Shown in pieces: positions 1 to 13,400 of a stretch of 64,000 nucleotides of DNA; the stretch's first letter is position 1; every line of letters begins with the position of its first letter. A model generated the notes under the pieces. That model was given only the letters and a program-made list of their open reading frames with translations, was not told the DNA's origin and did not search any database. Location: contig NC_092347.1 in the NCBI RefSeq assembly GCF_963676685.1, positions 73,718,001 to 73,782,000 on the forward strand, written 5' to 3'. Source of the stretch: Mytilus edulis. Lineage: Eukaryota. Position numbers and translations under genes: made by a program.

Positions 1-152
1 ATTTCAGAGTTTTTTTGGCTGTCAATATTACACTTTTACACTAAGGTAGCAATTGCAGGCATGACACAGATTTCAGTTGAACCCTTTACAAATGTTTAAC
101 GCATTATGCTTTAAATACTCTGAATAAAATAGTCCTCCGTATTGTATTGCAG

Positions 153-203
153 GTTGTTACAAATGTTTATAGACAGATTATCAGATGCCCATGGTCCAGC
201 ACT
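153..203 (+). CDS. RNF126: RNF126/RNF115-like E3 ligase, internal exon (gene starts upstream of window)
   Basis: cag|GTTG...CACT|gtaag; reads LLQMFIDRLSDAHGPA(L); phase joins the 1024 exon. Confidence 0.7.
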
Positions 204-1023
204 GTAAGTTTAGTTTTTTAAAATGTTTAAATAGTGAATGCCATAAAATTGGTCTCTATTTACCAACATTATATTGTAGCCTATTACTGGTCAAGTATGT
301 CACTGATAATCGTTTTAAAAACAATATTTCAGACGGAAACAATGATTATTGAAATTAATTAAAAGCTAAGATTTCTTGTTGCACGAATCATGAAAATTCA
401 ATTTAACAATTAGATTTGATATAAAAAAAAAACACACAACTTTGAAAAACTTTATATTAAATTGTATGAGGGAGTTGACTGGAAATATATCTTCTAATTC
501 AAATCGAAAACCATACAATTAACAAGAAACCTGAGTATTTACAATATGAAAAGACATTTGAACTATCATCTAATGGTTCATATTTAAGTTCCTTATATCC
601 TCTAACAGCTTTTTCTGAAAAAGTCAATTGGAAATACTTGGAACATTCTATCTAACAGATCCTTAGTCATTTATGGACAGTTAGCAATTGTAATTTCAAT
701 GTGTAACTAAAACTGGTGTGCTGGCTTCTATCCTGTAAAAGTCTGTTTTTACCAAGAAAATTTCCAAAAGTCCTACAAAATTGTACACAGGGAAAGTTTT
801 TTTTTTACCTATGTTAACCAATTGAAAATTATGTAGATATATTCCAGTATTTAAATATGTGTAGCCACTATCTTTTATGTCCATGGATTGATACAAAATG
901 TACATATTTAATGCAAATCTGTCTATTGCCGCCATATTTTAGACTAGTAAACTTTGGATTTGGACATTTGAAACCAAAATAACTTGTAATTTTAAAATGA
1001 CAGATATACATTTTATTCTTCAG

Positions 1024-1102
1024 AAATTTTATACCCATGATGCATGGTAATCCAGGAGATTATGCCTGGGGTGTCCATGGACTAGACAATATTGTAACAC
1101 AG
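1024..1102 (+). CDS. RNF126: RNF126/RNF115-like E3 ligase, exon
   Basis: cag|...|gtaaaa; NFIPMMHGNPGDYAWGVHGLDNIVTQ matches the family motif H.NP.DYAWG..GLD.I.TQ. Confidence 0.9.
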
Positions 1103-1179
1103 GTAAAATAATTCTAATATTTTCTAAAAATGTATACTTTATTTATTTATGTAAAGAACATAAGACCATGTATAAATTA

Positions 1180-2119
1180 AGAAATAATTCATGGAAGCCA
1201 TAGATTGTTGGAAATTTGCACATGGCCTGGGCCGTGATATTCAAATTCTATCCTGAGCGTTAGCAAGGGACAAAATAAACGAATATCACGGCCCAGGCCA
1301 TGTGTAAATTTCCAACAATCTATGGCTTCCATGAACTATTTCTATTCTAATAGGACAAATACGGTAATTAAAAAACTGAAGGGATATAGGTATGCTGTAT
1401 GTGTGGCTGTTCTTTTTTTACTCCCTGTTCGATAAAGCTCCAACATTCGTAAAATCTGTAGCTTGCATGGATTGTTTCGTGAATAACCGCTAGAAAAAAA
1501 TCTGTTTAATTCTTTAAATTCTCAAACCCAACATTTGCCATTTTTAATTTACATGTTTTTCTCGTAAGCTACCATCAAATCCAAAGTTGACATTTCATAA
1601 CTATGGAGCCGCCATGTTGACTTGCTGAAATCAGTAAATATGTGAAAAATGCAATAGAATAGAAAACAAAACAAAACCTACCTTACAAATCAATTTTAAT
1701 ACAATATTATACGAATTTCGATGGTTCATGATCAGAAAACGTTCAACCGTAGCGTTTTCATTTGTATGACGTCATGTTTTGAAATGATTTAAATGTGTCA
1801 AAAACGTTGAAAGACTTTCGCAGAATTTTTTTTTTTTTTTGTGTTGTTGATTTCTCAGAGCTCTTGTGCATTACTTCTTTTTATTATGCATCCAAATATA
1901 AGAATAAAACATATTTTGTCTTTTTTAACTGCAATTTTTAAAACAATAAAATCAGCAAATGGTTTGCAAATAGGGTTCCAAAACATGTGGACTTACGAGG
2001 AAAGTATATTGTAACAGCCATTATTATGTATATCTCTGAGTCTGCACGAAGTATAGATATATGGACAATTTTATCATGGTGTTGTTTACAAAGCTAAAGA
2101 AGCACGTCATATTAGAATA
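1180..2119. mobile_element. Unclassified non-autonomous element: long terminal hairpin plus segment bounded by short inverted repeats
   Basis: ~62-bp inverted arms within 1180-1343; TATTCTAATA (1343-1352) is inverted at 2110-2119. Confidence 0.55.
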
Positions 2120-3052
2120 TAATTTTAATCTACCTTGAGGAAAGAGCAAAAAAAATGTTTTTTTTAAGTTTCACGCTCAATAAATTTACAAACAGCTTAA
2201 TTATGATTTCGGCAGCGTCGGATAAAAATCGACCTTATAAATATCAATACATCTGTGATCCTCTTTTATGTTGAAAAAAATCTCAAGGAGAAGTCTGTAA
2301 CTGTTTGAAAATTAGTTTGTTATAATTTGACTACCAAAATCGTTCAAAGTCTTGTAGATCTACATGTAAAAGTACACTTGCATAAGGTTGATTATTATCC
2401 GACACAGATCATTTGTCCTTTAATGTGTGAATTATCTTCCATCATAAGTTTATAAAAAAATTAAGTTCAAATAGTTCATCCCTTGAAGCATGAATAAATT
2501 CTTGAAATCAAATTTTAAATTATTATTAACAATTCTCATAATAGGACCTGAAAATTGTAGTAACTCATTGAAGGAATGATAAGTACAAATCTGAGAGTAC
2601 TTGCAGTTGATGACATCCAGTTCAAAGCCAATAACAACTAATGAAAAAAAAATCATGTTTTTAAGACTAAAATATCAATCAGTACACATCCAACATCTAA
2701 TGGATTTATTTGAAAGGCATCATTAACAGTATGAGAAAAACATGAACTTTGACAATGCCAAACTAGAAATATCAACAGATTGTAATACAGTGAAAGTTCA
2801 CATGTGTAATATTTTGTATTGTTTAAATTTACTGAGAACAAAATCAATCTTTACACAAAAAAAACTAATGTAACATTTAATTATTGTTGAACAGGTAACC
2901 TTTAAGAATAAGTTTTTTTTAAAGGATTGATAAGTTTACTCCAATACATTAAAGCACATTTTAATGAAACAGATTTATATAGTTGATTTTAAAGTGTCTT
3001 TCCTAAAAGCCTATGTGATTGAATTCTTAATCAGTATTTGTTTTCCTTTCAG

Positions 3053-3146
3053 TTATTGAATCAATTAGAAGGTTCTGGTCCAGCTCCTGCTGAGAAAAGT
3101 AAAATAGATTCATTACCTTCAATTAAAATAACACCAAAGTTAGTAG
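3053..3146 (+). CDS. RNF126: RNF126/RNF115-like E3 ligase, exon
   Basis: tttcag|...|gtaagt; LLNQLEGSGPAPAEKSKIDSLPSIKITPKLV (family LLNQ.E..GP.PA....I..LP). Confidence 0.9.
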
Positions 3147-3335
3147 GTAAGTTAATTGTATCCTAAAGAATAGGACATATTTACCTAAAAGTCTCCACTT
3201 TTTGTGTTTCTTAGATTTAAGTCACATATCAGCTGAATGCACCTGAAAATCTCTCTGGAGTGTAAGACTTATATTCTGCCCCTACCCAATGTGACTTTAC
3301 CTTTTTACAGAAGTAAAATTTATGTTTTCTTTCTT

Positions 3336-5245
3336 AGGCCAATTAAAATTAATTGATAGATTTTCATCCCCGCCCGCCCCTCTGAAATGTTCCCGCCCCG
3401 ATTTTTTTTTATTTTTGAAAAAAATTACGATTTCCGGATTTTATTCATTTCCGTTACCGGTAACCGTCGATATTTCGTTTCGTGTAAAACCTCCTGTTTC
3501 AAATTTCGGTTTTCGTATATCTTAGAGTATTCTAACTGAATGATTAAGTCGATATATTCTGCTGATCTATGATGACAACTTCATTACCGATAATAAAGAT
3601 TGATTACGAGAAGGGCGTGAAATATTTAAGTAACGAGTAATACGCTGTGTCCAAGAACGCAAATCGCCGTACACTATACATGACACAAATGATAGATCCG
3701 TGTTTTACTTGCTCGGATACTAATATTAAAAACACATATTTTTGTATCTATTCTATATTTTCAAAACTACATATGTACAGTTATCCTACAAATCTACAAC
3801 TCTCAGTTTATGGCTACACGTGCTGATCTTATCTATCAAGTCATGAATATTTATTAGCTATGTAGGCGTGTCAAAATCGTATCATACGCGATAATGACCA
3901 GCCAGTACACTGTAATGATTTCATTAACCAGTATTAAAAAGATAAACATAACACAAATGTTTGTGAGTAAAACACCTTGGATTTATTTTATTTATACAAT
4001 GACTTAGTGTCAAGAAATTTGGACTGTGAAGGAAACCCAAAAGCGTCAGAATCGTGGAACACATTTGACTGGAATAAAGAAATTGACACAAGCATCAACT
4101 TTTTAGATTAATGACCGTATTTTGAGTTAAAAAAATCGACAAACATACGCATTTTTAATTTATTAATTTACAGCAAGCTCTTAGCAATAAATTTAGCCAT
4201 GCCTTTCGTTTTTTGTAAAAAAAACCAAAAAAAACAAACAGCAAACATCCTCTGTCCCAATACCCACGATAGAGTCTTTAAACAACTTTATGTTCTACAT
4301 TGTAATTATATTTGAATCTTGCATATTAAGGACCAACCCTATTATTTCAACACTGTTTGAGTTTTCATTTTATTCTGTACTTATCGTACTCATCTTGCAT
4401 ACCAATGTATTTGCTTCATTTTATTAGGACAACAAAACATAGCTTAGAAAGCAAAATACATTTGATGTAGGTAGTCCAACTGAAGAGAGCATTTCTTCAC
4501 ATTTCTGCTGTTTACTACAAAAATAGGTTTCTAAAGCGGCAAATACATGTAGAACAGTGGTTGCCAATCAGAGATAAATATTTACGAATTTGAAAAAGCA
4601 GCACCAGCATATAGAGTATATGTGTCTCAATATTGATACGTTACTCTAGAGCTAGCTCAAAGTACGCCGCTGATTTTGCTGAACGAGGAATACTGCTTTC
4701 TCAAAAGTTGCTAAGACAGGGCTATGAATCATCAAATTAAGGTCATCACTTAATTTTATGGTTGCCATCATGAGCTGATTGGCCATTATGACAAAAGTGT
4801 GTCAGAAATCATATCTCAGTGATATTCTTCCTCAGTCATAACAATTAACCTTCCATCATTACCGAACTGAACAAAGAAATAACATGACGGGTGCCGTATA
4901 CGGTGAAGGAAATGCTTACCTTTCCGGAGCACCTGATTTCATTCCTGGTTTTTAGTGGAGTTTGTGTTGTTTCCTTAACTTATTATTTGTAACTGTTGAT
5001 GTAAATGTCTTTCGGTTTTAAGAGTCTTTGGTTACTCCTTGGTTTTGATTGTTATGGTCTTATACACAATACCTTATTGATGTATTTATATGATATAAGC
5101 TTATTATTACACTTGCATATATGATTGAATAACACGCGACAAGAAGGTTTCATATGAAATAAAATTTAAAAAATAAAATCCTCCCACCCGCCCCATTTTT
5201 TTCAAAAATTTGGATGAAAATCTACTAATTAATGTTAGTTGGCCT
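3336..5245. mobile_element. Non-autonomous TIR DNA transposon (~1.9 kb)
   Basis: ~34-bp imperfect TIRs AGGCCAATTAAAATTAATTGATAGATTTTCATCC / GGATGAAAATCTACTAATTAATGTTAGTTGGCCT, with subterminal CCCGCCC motifs. Confidence 0.7.
4600..5060 (+). mobile_element. Decayed Penelope-like RT C-terminus and 3' tail, nested in the TIR element
   Basis: Frameshifted PAY.VYVSQ/LIRYSRASSKY..DF..RGILLSQKLLRQGYE, resembling the YGVYISQLVRFAR...EKLLHQGF segment of the 39033-39746 ORF. Confidence 0.7.
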
Positions 5246-5558
5246 TATCCATCAAACATTTTAGATTCTGCACATTGATGAAGTGAATTTGTTTTGTAAT
5301 TTGTTCCTGAATATGCTTGAAAATGTGTTACTAAGCATCATACAGTCAATCAATCTTAATTTTAGCTTTAAAATTGTTATCTGAATGTGTTAACACTCTA
5401 AACAAATATGGATTTATAGGTACAAGAAGATGTCAAAAGAATAAAAAGAAAAATTTGCTTGTCGTTGTGTTGACCCTGCAACAGGAATTGTCATGAAGTT
5501 TTGAAATCTTGTGGTTACTTTCAGATAAATAGTTGATATAAAATTCCTTTCATTTCAG

Positions 5559-5674
5559 ATAAAGGTGCACATTGTGCTATATGTTTTGAAGATTTTAGTT
5601 TAGATGAAGAAGTAAAACGGTTACCCTGTGATCACTATTATCATAATGACTGTATAGTTAAATGGTTAGAAATG
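5559..5674 (+). CDS. RNF126: RNF126/RNF115-like E3 ligase, RING-H2 exon (first six ligands)
   Basis: tttcag|...ATG|gtaagt; DKGAHCAICFEDFSLDEEVKRLPCDHYYHNDCIVKWLEM. Confidence 0.93.
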
Positions 5675-7221
5675 GTAAGTAAAACGGTTACCCTGTGATC
5701 ATTATTATCATAATGACTGTATAGTTAAATGGTTAGAAATGGTAAGTAAAACGGTAACCCTGTGATCACTATTATCATAATGACTGTATAGTTAAATGGT
5801 TAGAAATGGTAAGTAAAACAGTTACCCTGTGATCACTATTATCATAATGACTGTATAGTTAAATGGTTAGAAATGGTAAGTAAAACAGTTACCCTGTGAT
5901 CACTATTATCATAATGATTGTATAGTTAAATGGTTAGAAATGGTAAGTAAAACGGTTACCCTGTGATCACTAATATCATAATGACTGTATAGTTAAATGG
6001 TTAGAAATGGTAAGTAAAACGGCTACCCTGTGATCACTATTATCATAATGACTGTATAGTTAAATGGTTAGAAATGGTAAGTAAAACGGTTACCCTGTGA
6101 TCACTATTATCATAATGACTGTATAGTTAAATGGTTAGAAATGGTAAGTAAAACGGTTACCCTGTGATCACTATTATCATAATGACTGTATAGTTAAATG
6201 GTTAGAAATGGTAAGTAAAACGGCTACCCTGTGATCACTATTATCATAATGACTGTATAGTTAAATGGTTAGAAATGGTAAGTAAAACGGTTACCCTGTG
6301 ATCACTATTATCATAATGACTGTATAGTTAAATGGTTAGAAATGGTAAGTAAAACGGTTACCCTGTGATCACTATTATCATAATGACTGTATAGTTAAAT
6401 GGTTAGAAATGGTAAGTAAAACGGTTACCCTGTGATCACTATTATCATAATGACTGTATAGTTAAATGGTTAGAAATGGTAAGTAAAACGGTTACCCTGT
6501 GATCACTATTATCATAATGACTGTATAGTTAAATGGTTAGAAATGGTAAGTAAAACGGTAACCCTGTGATCACTATTATCATAATGACTGTATAGTTAAA
6601 TGGTTAGAAATGGTAAGTAAAACGGTTACCCTGTGATCACTATTATCAGAATGACTGTATAGTTAAATGGTTAGAAATGGTAAGTAAAACGGTTACCCTG
6701 TGATCACTATTATCAGAATGACTGTATAGTGAAATGGTTAGAAATGGTAAGTAAAACGGTTACCCTGTGATCACTATTATCATAATGACTGTATAGTGAA
6801 ATGGTTAGAAATGGTAAGTAAAACGGCTACCCTGTGATCACTATTATCATAATGACTGTATAGTTAAATGGTTAGAAATGGTAAGTAAAACGGCAACCCT
6901 GTGATCACTATTATCATAATGACTGTATAGTTAAATGGTTAGAAATGGTAAGTAAAACGGTTACCCTGTGATCACTATTATCATAATGACTGTATAGTTA
7001 AATGGTTAGAAATGGTAAGTAAAACGGTTACCCTGTGATCACTATTATCATAATGATTGTATAGTTAAATGGTTAGAAATGGTAAGTAAAACGGTTACCC
7101 TGTGATCACTATTATCATAATGACTGTATAGTTAAATGGTTAGAAATGGTAAGTAAAACGGTTACCCTGTGATCACTATTATCATAATGACTGTATAGTT
7201 AAATGGTTAGAAATGGTAAGT
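5610..7221 (+). repeat. Tandem array, 24 x 67 bp, made from the RING exon 3' end plus its splice donor
   Basis: Unit AAGTAAAACGGTTACCCTGTGATCACTATTATCATAATGACTGTATAGTTAAATGGTTAGAAATGGT; first unit starts inside the exon at 5610, terminal AAGT at 7218 (1608/67 = 24); few substitutions. Confidence 0.97.
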
Positions 7222-7551
7222 TTTCTCAAGAAACTATAAAACATTTATTGTAAATTTTGAATTGTTACTTTTAAGCATTTTACCCAAACATGGGGTTCCA
7301 CAAAAAATTTAAGCCAGCCTTACACTTTTTTCCAATTCCTTTCTAATCTTGTGGTTTCTTCAATAAAGACATTTGTACCAAAGAAGGATAATCATAAAAG
7401 TGGATTAAGTGTTAGGAATTGGGTCACAACATCAGAGGGTATTTTGATTGTCATTCTGTTTACTGACTGTTATTCTGGCAGTTAAGTAATATTATATTGA
7501 TAACCTTTAAGATTTGATATTAATTTTCTGCTATTTAGAAGAGAAGGCACT

Positions 7552-8410
7552 TTTTGTCAAGCCTTCGACTTTAGTCGAAAAAGCGAGACTAAGCGATCCT
7601 TCATTCCGTCGGCCTTGTCTTCGGCGTCCACAAATATTCACTCTGTGGTTAAAGTTTTTGAAATTTTAATAACTTCCTTAAAATATACTGGATTTCTACC
7701 AAACTTGGACTGAAGCTTGTTTATGATCATAGATAGTATCCAGAAGTAAATTTTGTAAAAATAAAATTCCATTTTTTCTGTATTTTACTTATAAATGGAC
7801 TTAGTTTTTTCTGCAGGGAAACATTACATTCACTATGTGGTTAAAGTTTTTAAAATTTTAATAAATTTCTTAAACTATCCTGGGTTTGTACCAAACTTGG
7901 ACAGAAGCTTGTTTAAGGTCATATGATAGTATCCAGAAGTATATTTGGTAAAAAAATGAATCCATTTTTTCCGTATTTTACTTTTAAATGGACATAGATT
8001 TTCTGCCAGGAAACAACACATTCACTCTGTGGTTAAATTTTTTTTAAATTTTAATAGCTTTCAATATACTATTTCAAATTTGTACCAAACTTGGACAGAA
8101 GCTTGCTTATGATCAAAAGTTAGTATCAAGAAGTAAATTTTGTTAATATTTTGTACCTGTGTATCTGTATTTTACTTATAAATGGACTTAGTTTTTTTCT
8201 TCTAGTTAACATTACATAGTCTGCAGTTAAAGTTTTTAAAACATATATTAGATTCATAAACTATCCTGATTTTTTTCCAAACTTGGACAGAAGCTTCTTA
8301 CAATCAAAAGATAGTATCAAGAGAAATATTTTTTTCCTCATTTTTGTTGAGCCTGCGATTTACAGCAAAAGTAGGCGAGACACTGGATTCAGTGGAACCC
8401 TTACAAATTT
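7552..8410 (+). mobile_element. HINE/DINE-like (Helentron-associated) element with internal tandem repeats
   Basis: T-rich insertion site, 5' hairpin TTCGAC..GTCGAA, about four ~180-bp internal repeats (ACCAAACTTGGAC...GATAGTATC), related subterminal repeat near the 3' end. Confidence 0.65.
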
Positions 8411-9324
8411 TTTATTTATCCCAACCACCCATAACAGAAAATTTCATTCTACTTAAAATTCTTACAAGATTCTAAATAAATATGCAACCACAAACAATTT
8501 ATCAAAAGTGCCTCCCCTTTTAGTAAAATAATCGTTTTGAATTTAGCCAATTTTGATATTATTTTGACAAACTAAATTTACTAAAATTTATTATTTTCTA
8601 ACCAGCAAAAATTGTTAGACGACTTGAGAAGGATCAATGTCAGGTACTTGTTTGCCTGTCTGGTTAACATGCTAGTTCATTTTATATACAGAAATTTATT
8701 GAAAAAAAAACAGATTTGTCCAGTTTTGGAAGTCCTAACCAAACAAAAAAATGTTACACTTTTGTCAGATCAGAACAATCATGTCAGCTTGTTTGATGCA
8801 TATACAATTATTAAAGTAGAGTCAATTTCATATTAAGATTCTTAATTACTTATCAATTATTCCTTTGAAGAAGTGTCCCAGCAATACTAAAGAAGTGGTA
8901 ACTAATCTCTTTATTGGAATCTTTCTAACAGCTTTTTCTTCAAAGGGCTGATTTAAATGCCCTTCCATGGGGGCATTATGTTTTTTAGTCTGTGCATCCA
9001 TTCTTCTGTCTGTTCATCTGCTCCAGGTTAAAGCTTTTGTTCAAGGTAGTTTTTGATGAAGTTGAAGTCCAATCAACTTGAAATTTAGTACACATGTTCC
9101 CTATGATACCTTCTTTCTAATTTTAATGTCAATTAAGATATGACCCAAAATTTCACTGTCCTCTGATCATAGAAAATGATAGTGTTAGTGGGGCATCTGT
9201 GTACTATGGACACATAATTGTTCATAGTAAGTCCAAGGAGTTATGCAGAGCCAATACAATTCATTGTCTGATTTCTAGAAGTAAAATTAAATCATTAAAA
9301 GCTCATTGTCAAAGGCCATAATTA

Positions 9325-10170
9325 TAAAAAAAGAAGATGAAGTATGATTGCCAATGAGACAACTCTCTACAAGAGACCAAAAGGACACATAAATTAACAT
9401 CTATAGGTCACTGTACAGCCTTCAACAATGAGCAAAGTCCATACCGCATAGTCAGCTATAAAAGGCCCCGTAATGACAATGTAAAACAATTCAAACAGAA
9501 AAAATAACAGCCTTATGGAAGTACACCACTAATTAATGGCCCCATTGCTTTCTATGTTAAATTCCTCAATTTCGAGTGGTCACAGCTCTTTTATCTTAAG
9601 TTAAAATAAAGTGACAATCATTGCCTGTCAAAGAAACACCTTCTGGTGTCCTGTACTGAAAAAATCAACATACCTTACATGGCATATAAGAAAGAACTGG
9701 TTCCCGGAACTTCGGATGTACAAAAACAGGTACTTCCGATCTGACAAAAAGGCAAAATGTACCCTCCTTTTTAAATTTCATGCCATTTTTTTATTATTCA
9801 AATTTATCAGTCAAAAATTGTTCTGCAATGATCACCAGTCATGCAGCTTTCATTTGATACCAAAATTAATAAAATATTCTAAATATTTTGAAAGTTATGT
9901 CCATGCGTAGGAACTATTTTGTGTTAAATATGTACTACTTTCTGGTATGTGCTTTCTGGCCGGGCCTGAATTAGTGGTGTTACACCTTATTAATGTACAA
10001 AAAAATGAAGAAAAACAAATATGTAACACATAGACAAACAACAACCACAGAATTACACGCTCCTGACTGGGACAGGCACATACATAGAGAATGGGGCGTG
10101 GTTAAACATGTTATCAGGATCCAAACCTCCCCTAACCTGGGACAGTGATGTAACAGTACAAAATAAGAAT
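9325..10170. repeat. Interspersed SINE-like repeat interrupted by a MITE
   Basis: AAAAGAAGATG..GTATGATTGCCAATGAGACAACTCT also occurs at ~44650-44750; 10065-10140 resembles 38635-38710. Confidence 0.55.
9517..9984. mobile_element. MITE-like insertion with 6-bp direct repeat
   Basis: CCTTAT flanks both sides (9511-9516, 9985-9990); subterminal inverted ACACCACTAATT / AATTAGTGGTGT. Confidence 0.6.
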
Positions 10171-10307
10171 GAAACCTTCAGTTGATTACATCCTCATCAT
10201 ACGGTTTCTGATTGAAAGTATACTGAGCAGTCATACCGCATCTCCTAATTTTTATATTGCATTAGTCTTATTGTTGTACTGTACTGAACCCTTTATTTCT
10301 TTTACAG

Positions 10308-10451
10308 CATGGAACTTGTCCAGTGTGTAGAAAAGATTTAAATGGAGTAGATTCTTCATTACAGGACAATTATCCAAATCCAGTAGATATTTTTGACAGT
10401 AATTTAGCGACATCACAAAATAATAACACAGAGGAAGACGATGATTCGTGA
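10308..10451 (+). CDS. RNF126: RNF126/RNF115-like E3 ligase, last coding exon
   Basis: tttacag|HGTCPVCRKDLNGVDSSLQD...EEDDDS*; supplies the final CxxC of the RING-H2. RNF126 vs RNF115 orthology not resolvable by eye. Confidence 0.92.
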   Translation, partial: HGTCPVCRKDLNGVDSSLQDNYPNPVDIFDSNLATSQNNNTEEDDDS

Positions 10452-13400
10452 ATTGTGTGATTTTATATGCAAAGAGTTTTATTTTATATGAAAACAAGTT
10501 CTTGTAATGAATTTATACAGAGTATATGTGATATCATTTTTAGCCGATGCATATCGAGCCAACAAAAGTCATTTCTTTAACATGCATAACAGTTTATAGT
10601 GCATGGTGATATTGAGTTCTTATTCAGTGTTTCATGTAAGAACTTGTCATCTGATGCATATTTCATGAGGGTAAGGCAAAACTTGTGATGTGATCGACTT
10701 TATATCAGTTTGATTTTTTCCAAAATTTTATTTAAAATGTGCTACATAGACAGATTTTTTGTCAATCACAGTTCAAGCTTGCCAGGGACTCAATTCACTC
10801 TGATTTTTTTATGGTTGTATTATGGTATGCATGTGTATGACTGTTACTCCTTGTTGATATCTAGGTTTTTGGTGAGTTTTTCTGTACAACTTTTGTCAAA
10901 GTTCAATCGTTTTATAAGTTTTACCAATTTTCTTTTGCATGGTATAAAGACTCCAATCTGATTCAGCTACTGCACAGAGATTTAATGGCACTATTCTATG
11001 ACATATAGAACTTCATGTTTCATCCAAAAAGGTGTTGAACGTTTTCAGTGGCTCCCTTGGGTATTAACTGTAAGAACTAAGAAAATATATTTTTTTGTTA
11101 CCTTTAGGAAAGCAGACTTGTGAGGGACATAACTCTTAATAATCACTGGTACGCTTGTCTCAATCATTTTCATAAATATATTCGAAGCTTCAAAGGAAGA
11201 CAAATTATTAAAATTTGTTCACATAAATGTTTGAAAAAGCAGTTTTGAATTCCCTTATTACAAAATGTACAATGCATATCTGATTACAGATTTATTTCAA
11301 GTTTTTCCCTTTAAAAAATATTACTTTCAAGAAGCTCATATTTATTTACTGGGGTGAATTCATGCTGTGCATTGGATATCCCATTATTCTGGAATCACAC
11401 AGGATTTTTAATGAAATCACTTTCTTTGAGAACGTTTTTTTTATTATTTTTATAGAGTTTGATATTCTGTTTGTATTGATATACATAGAAATATCTGAGC
11501 AAAAGAGGTACAGAATGATAAAGGTTTTAAAGCTTAGAATTAAATGTCTTAGTATTAAAATATTTTTTTAGATTTAATGGTATATTTGTAAATTTGAAAT
11601 TTTGCCTTTCAAAGTTACGAATATATTTGAAACTGAACAGTGTTTTGTAAGCTCCCATGGCTGTTTTGGAAACTTTATTGCATTACTTATTTAAAATTGT
11701 AAAAACAATAGCTTATTATGAGAAACCACTGTTAATGGAGCTAAATTTGACACCAATGTAATTTGAAAGCTCTCAATAGTATTTAGTTTCAAATCAAAAC
11801 TCTAGATTAATATTAGCTATGATGATGGTTTCTGATTGGCTGCACCTTCGAAGCTGACTGACTAATTTATATGGTGTAATTGTTTTTTTTTGAGAAAAAT
11901 TAAAATGTATGTATTAAAAGTATAATGGCCCCTCCTAAAATTTATAATGTTGATGTGGTTTTGAAATCCAAGATGGCTGCCACCATAGATATGTTGATAG
12001 GTTTGTATTTGATATTGATGATGATATAATTGTTCAATGAAAGTTGTCAAAATTTTTCAAAACTCTAAAGAAAATATGGTTCAAGATTTAAGGAAAGTTG
12101 AATTTGTAATTTCAAAAGTTTTATAGACAATTGTAAGAAGTTATTGTTTACTGGTATTTTTTTTTTTTACATTTTTGTGATTTTGATTTGATATTCAACA
12201 TCCTTGTCCTTGTCCAGTCATGAACATTCATTACTGCTTAGGAAAAGAGAGATCTTAGACATGGTGTGCATGAAAATGTATACATGTATTATGATGACCA
12301 GAATTCAATCTTTTTTGTATCATTTATTGAAACATATAGTTATCTCCCTTATTTATCCAACATTCTCCTTTTACAATGTTCAGGATGCTTTCATTGTCTA
12401 GTTAGTTATTTTTAGTCCAATAACATGATGAAACTCAATATTCAGTGCCAGTGATTGTTAAGCATTAAAATAATACATAACTCGAGTGGTAAAAAAAAAT
12501 ACCTGTAGTAAGAAATGTTGCAAATTCTATGAAAGCAACCTAAATTTAAATGAACATGCTATTACATGTAGCGATGATATGACAATTTGCATTTTCATTT
12601 AAATTTTTGCATTTTTACAATACATAAAACGGTAAAATCATTAGAATATTGGACACAGCAAAACATGCCACACCAATCGCTAAAAGCCAACTCCTACTAA
12701 AAATAAATATATAAACAGACCAAAAACAAACATAAAAAACATATGTTTCATATAGCCTGACTTGCCCACCAAGTTGGTACTAACACAAAATGTTAAGTTG
12801 TCAAATCAGTTTTAAATTGACACAATCATCCCTCTTCCCTTTTGTCTATCTAAACTCACTCTTCCCAAACAAAACCAAAAAACAGATGTTGTACCCCATC
12901 TTACCTCATATACTAGATCAACATTGGCTATTTATTATATGAAGCTCCATTTCATACTTGGTATTTAAAATTGTTGGCATTGCAATCCATGTAAGTTGTA
13001 ACTTCAAGGGTTAGTTTTATCCATTTTGTGAATATTATGCAATTTAGATCTCTAATGTCTAATTTTCTACACATATATATTGTGTTACAGCCCTGGAGGA
13101 TTGGAATGCCTGTCTTTCACACAATCCAGGAAACTGGTATACAATTCTGTGAATAATAAAGCACTTTGACATAAGATGTTAGTGCTTTTAGGACGATGTT
13201 GATGTATGAAAATTCTTGTGAGTTTTCCTGCATGAAGTTTCCCTGAATAATTCTAACACCATACAAATCTTGTTTGGTTATAATATTATATTTTAAATTA
13301 ACAAACCATTTTTGAAAGTTGCATCTAATAATCTGGCTGCAACAAGATTTTATGTATTAATGCTGTAGCCAAATTTTTCGAGTATTGAAAATAAAAATAA

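Noticed and set aside
5610-7221. CRISPR-like array or tandem alternative exons
   Set aside because: No unique spacers and a eukaryotic context; units lack a polypyrimidine acceptor and 67 is not a multiple of 3.
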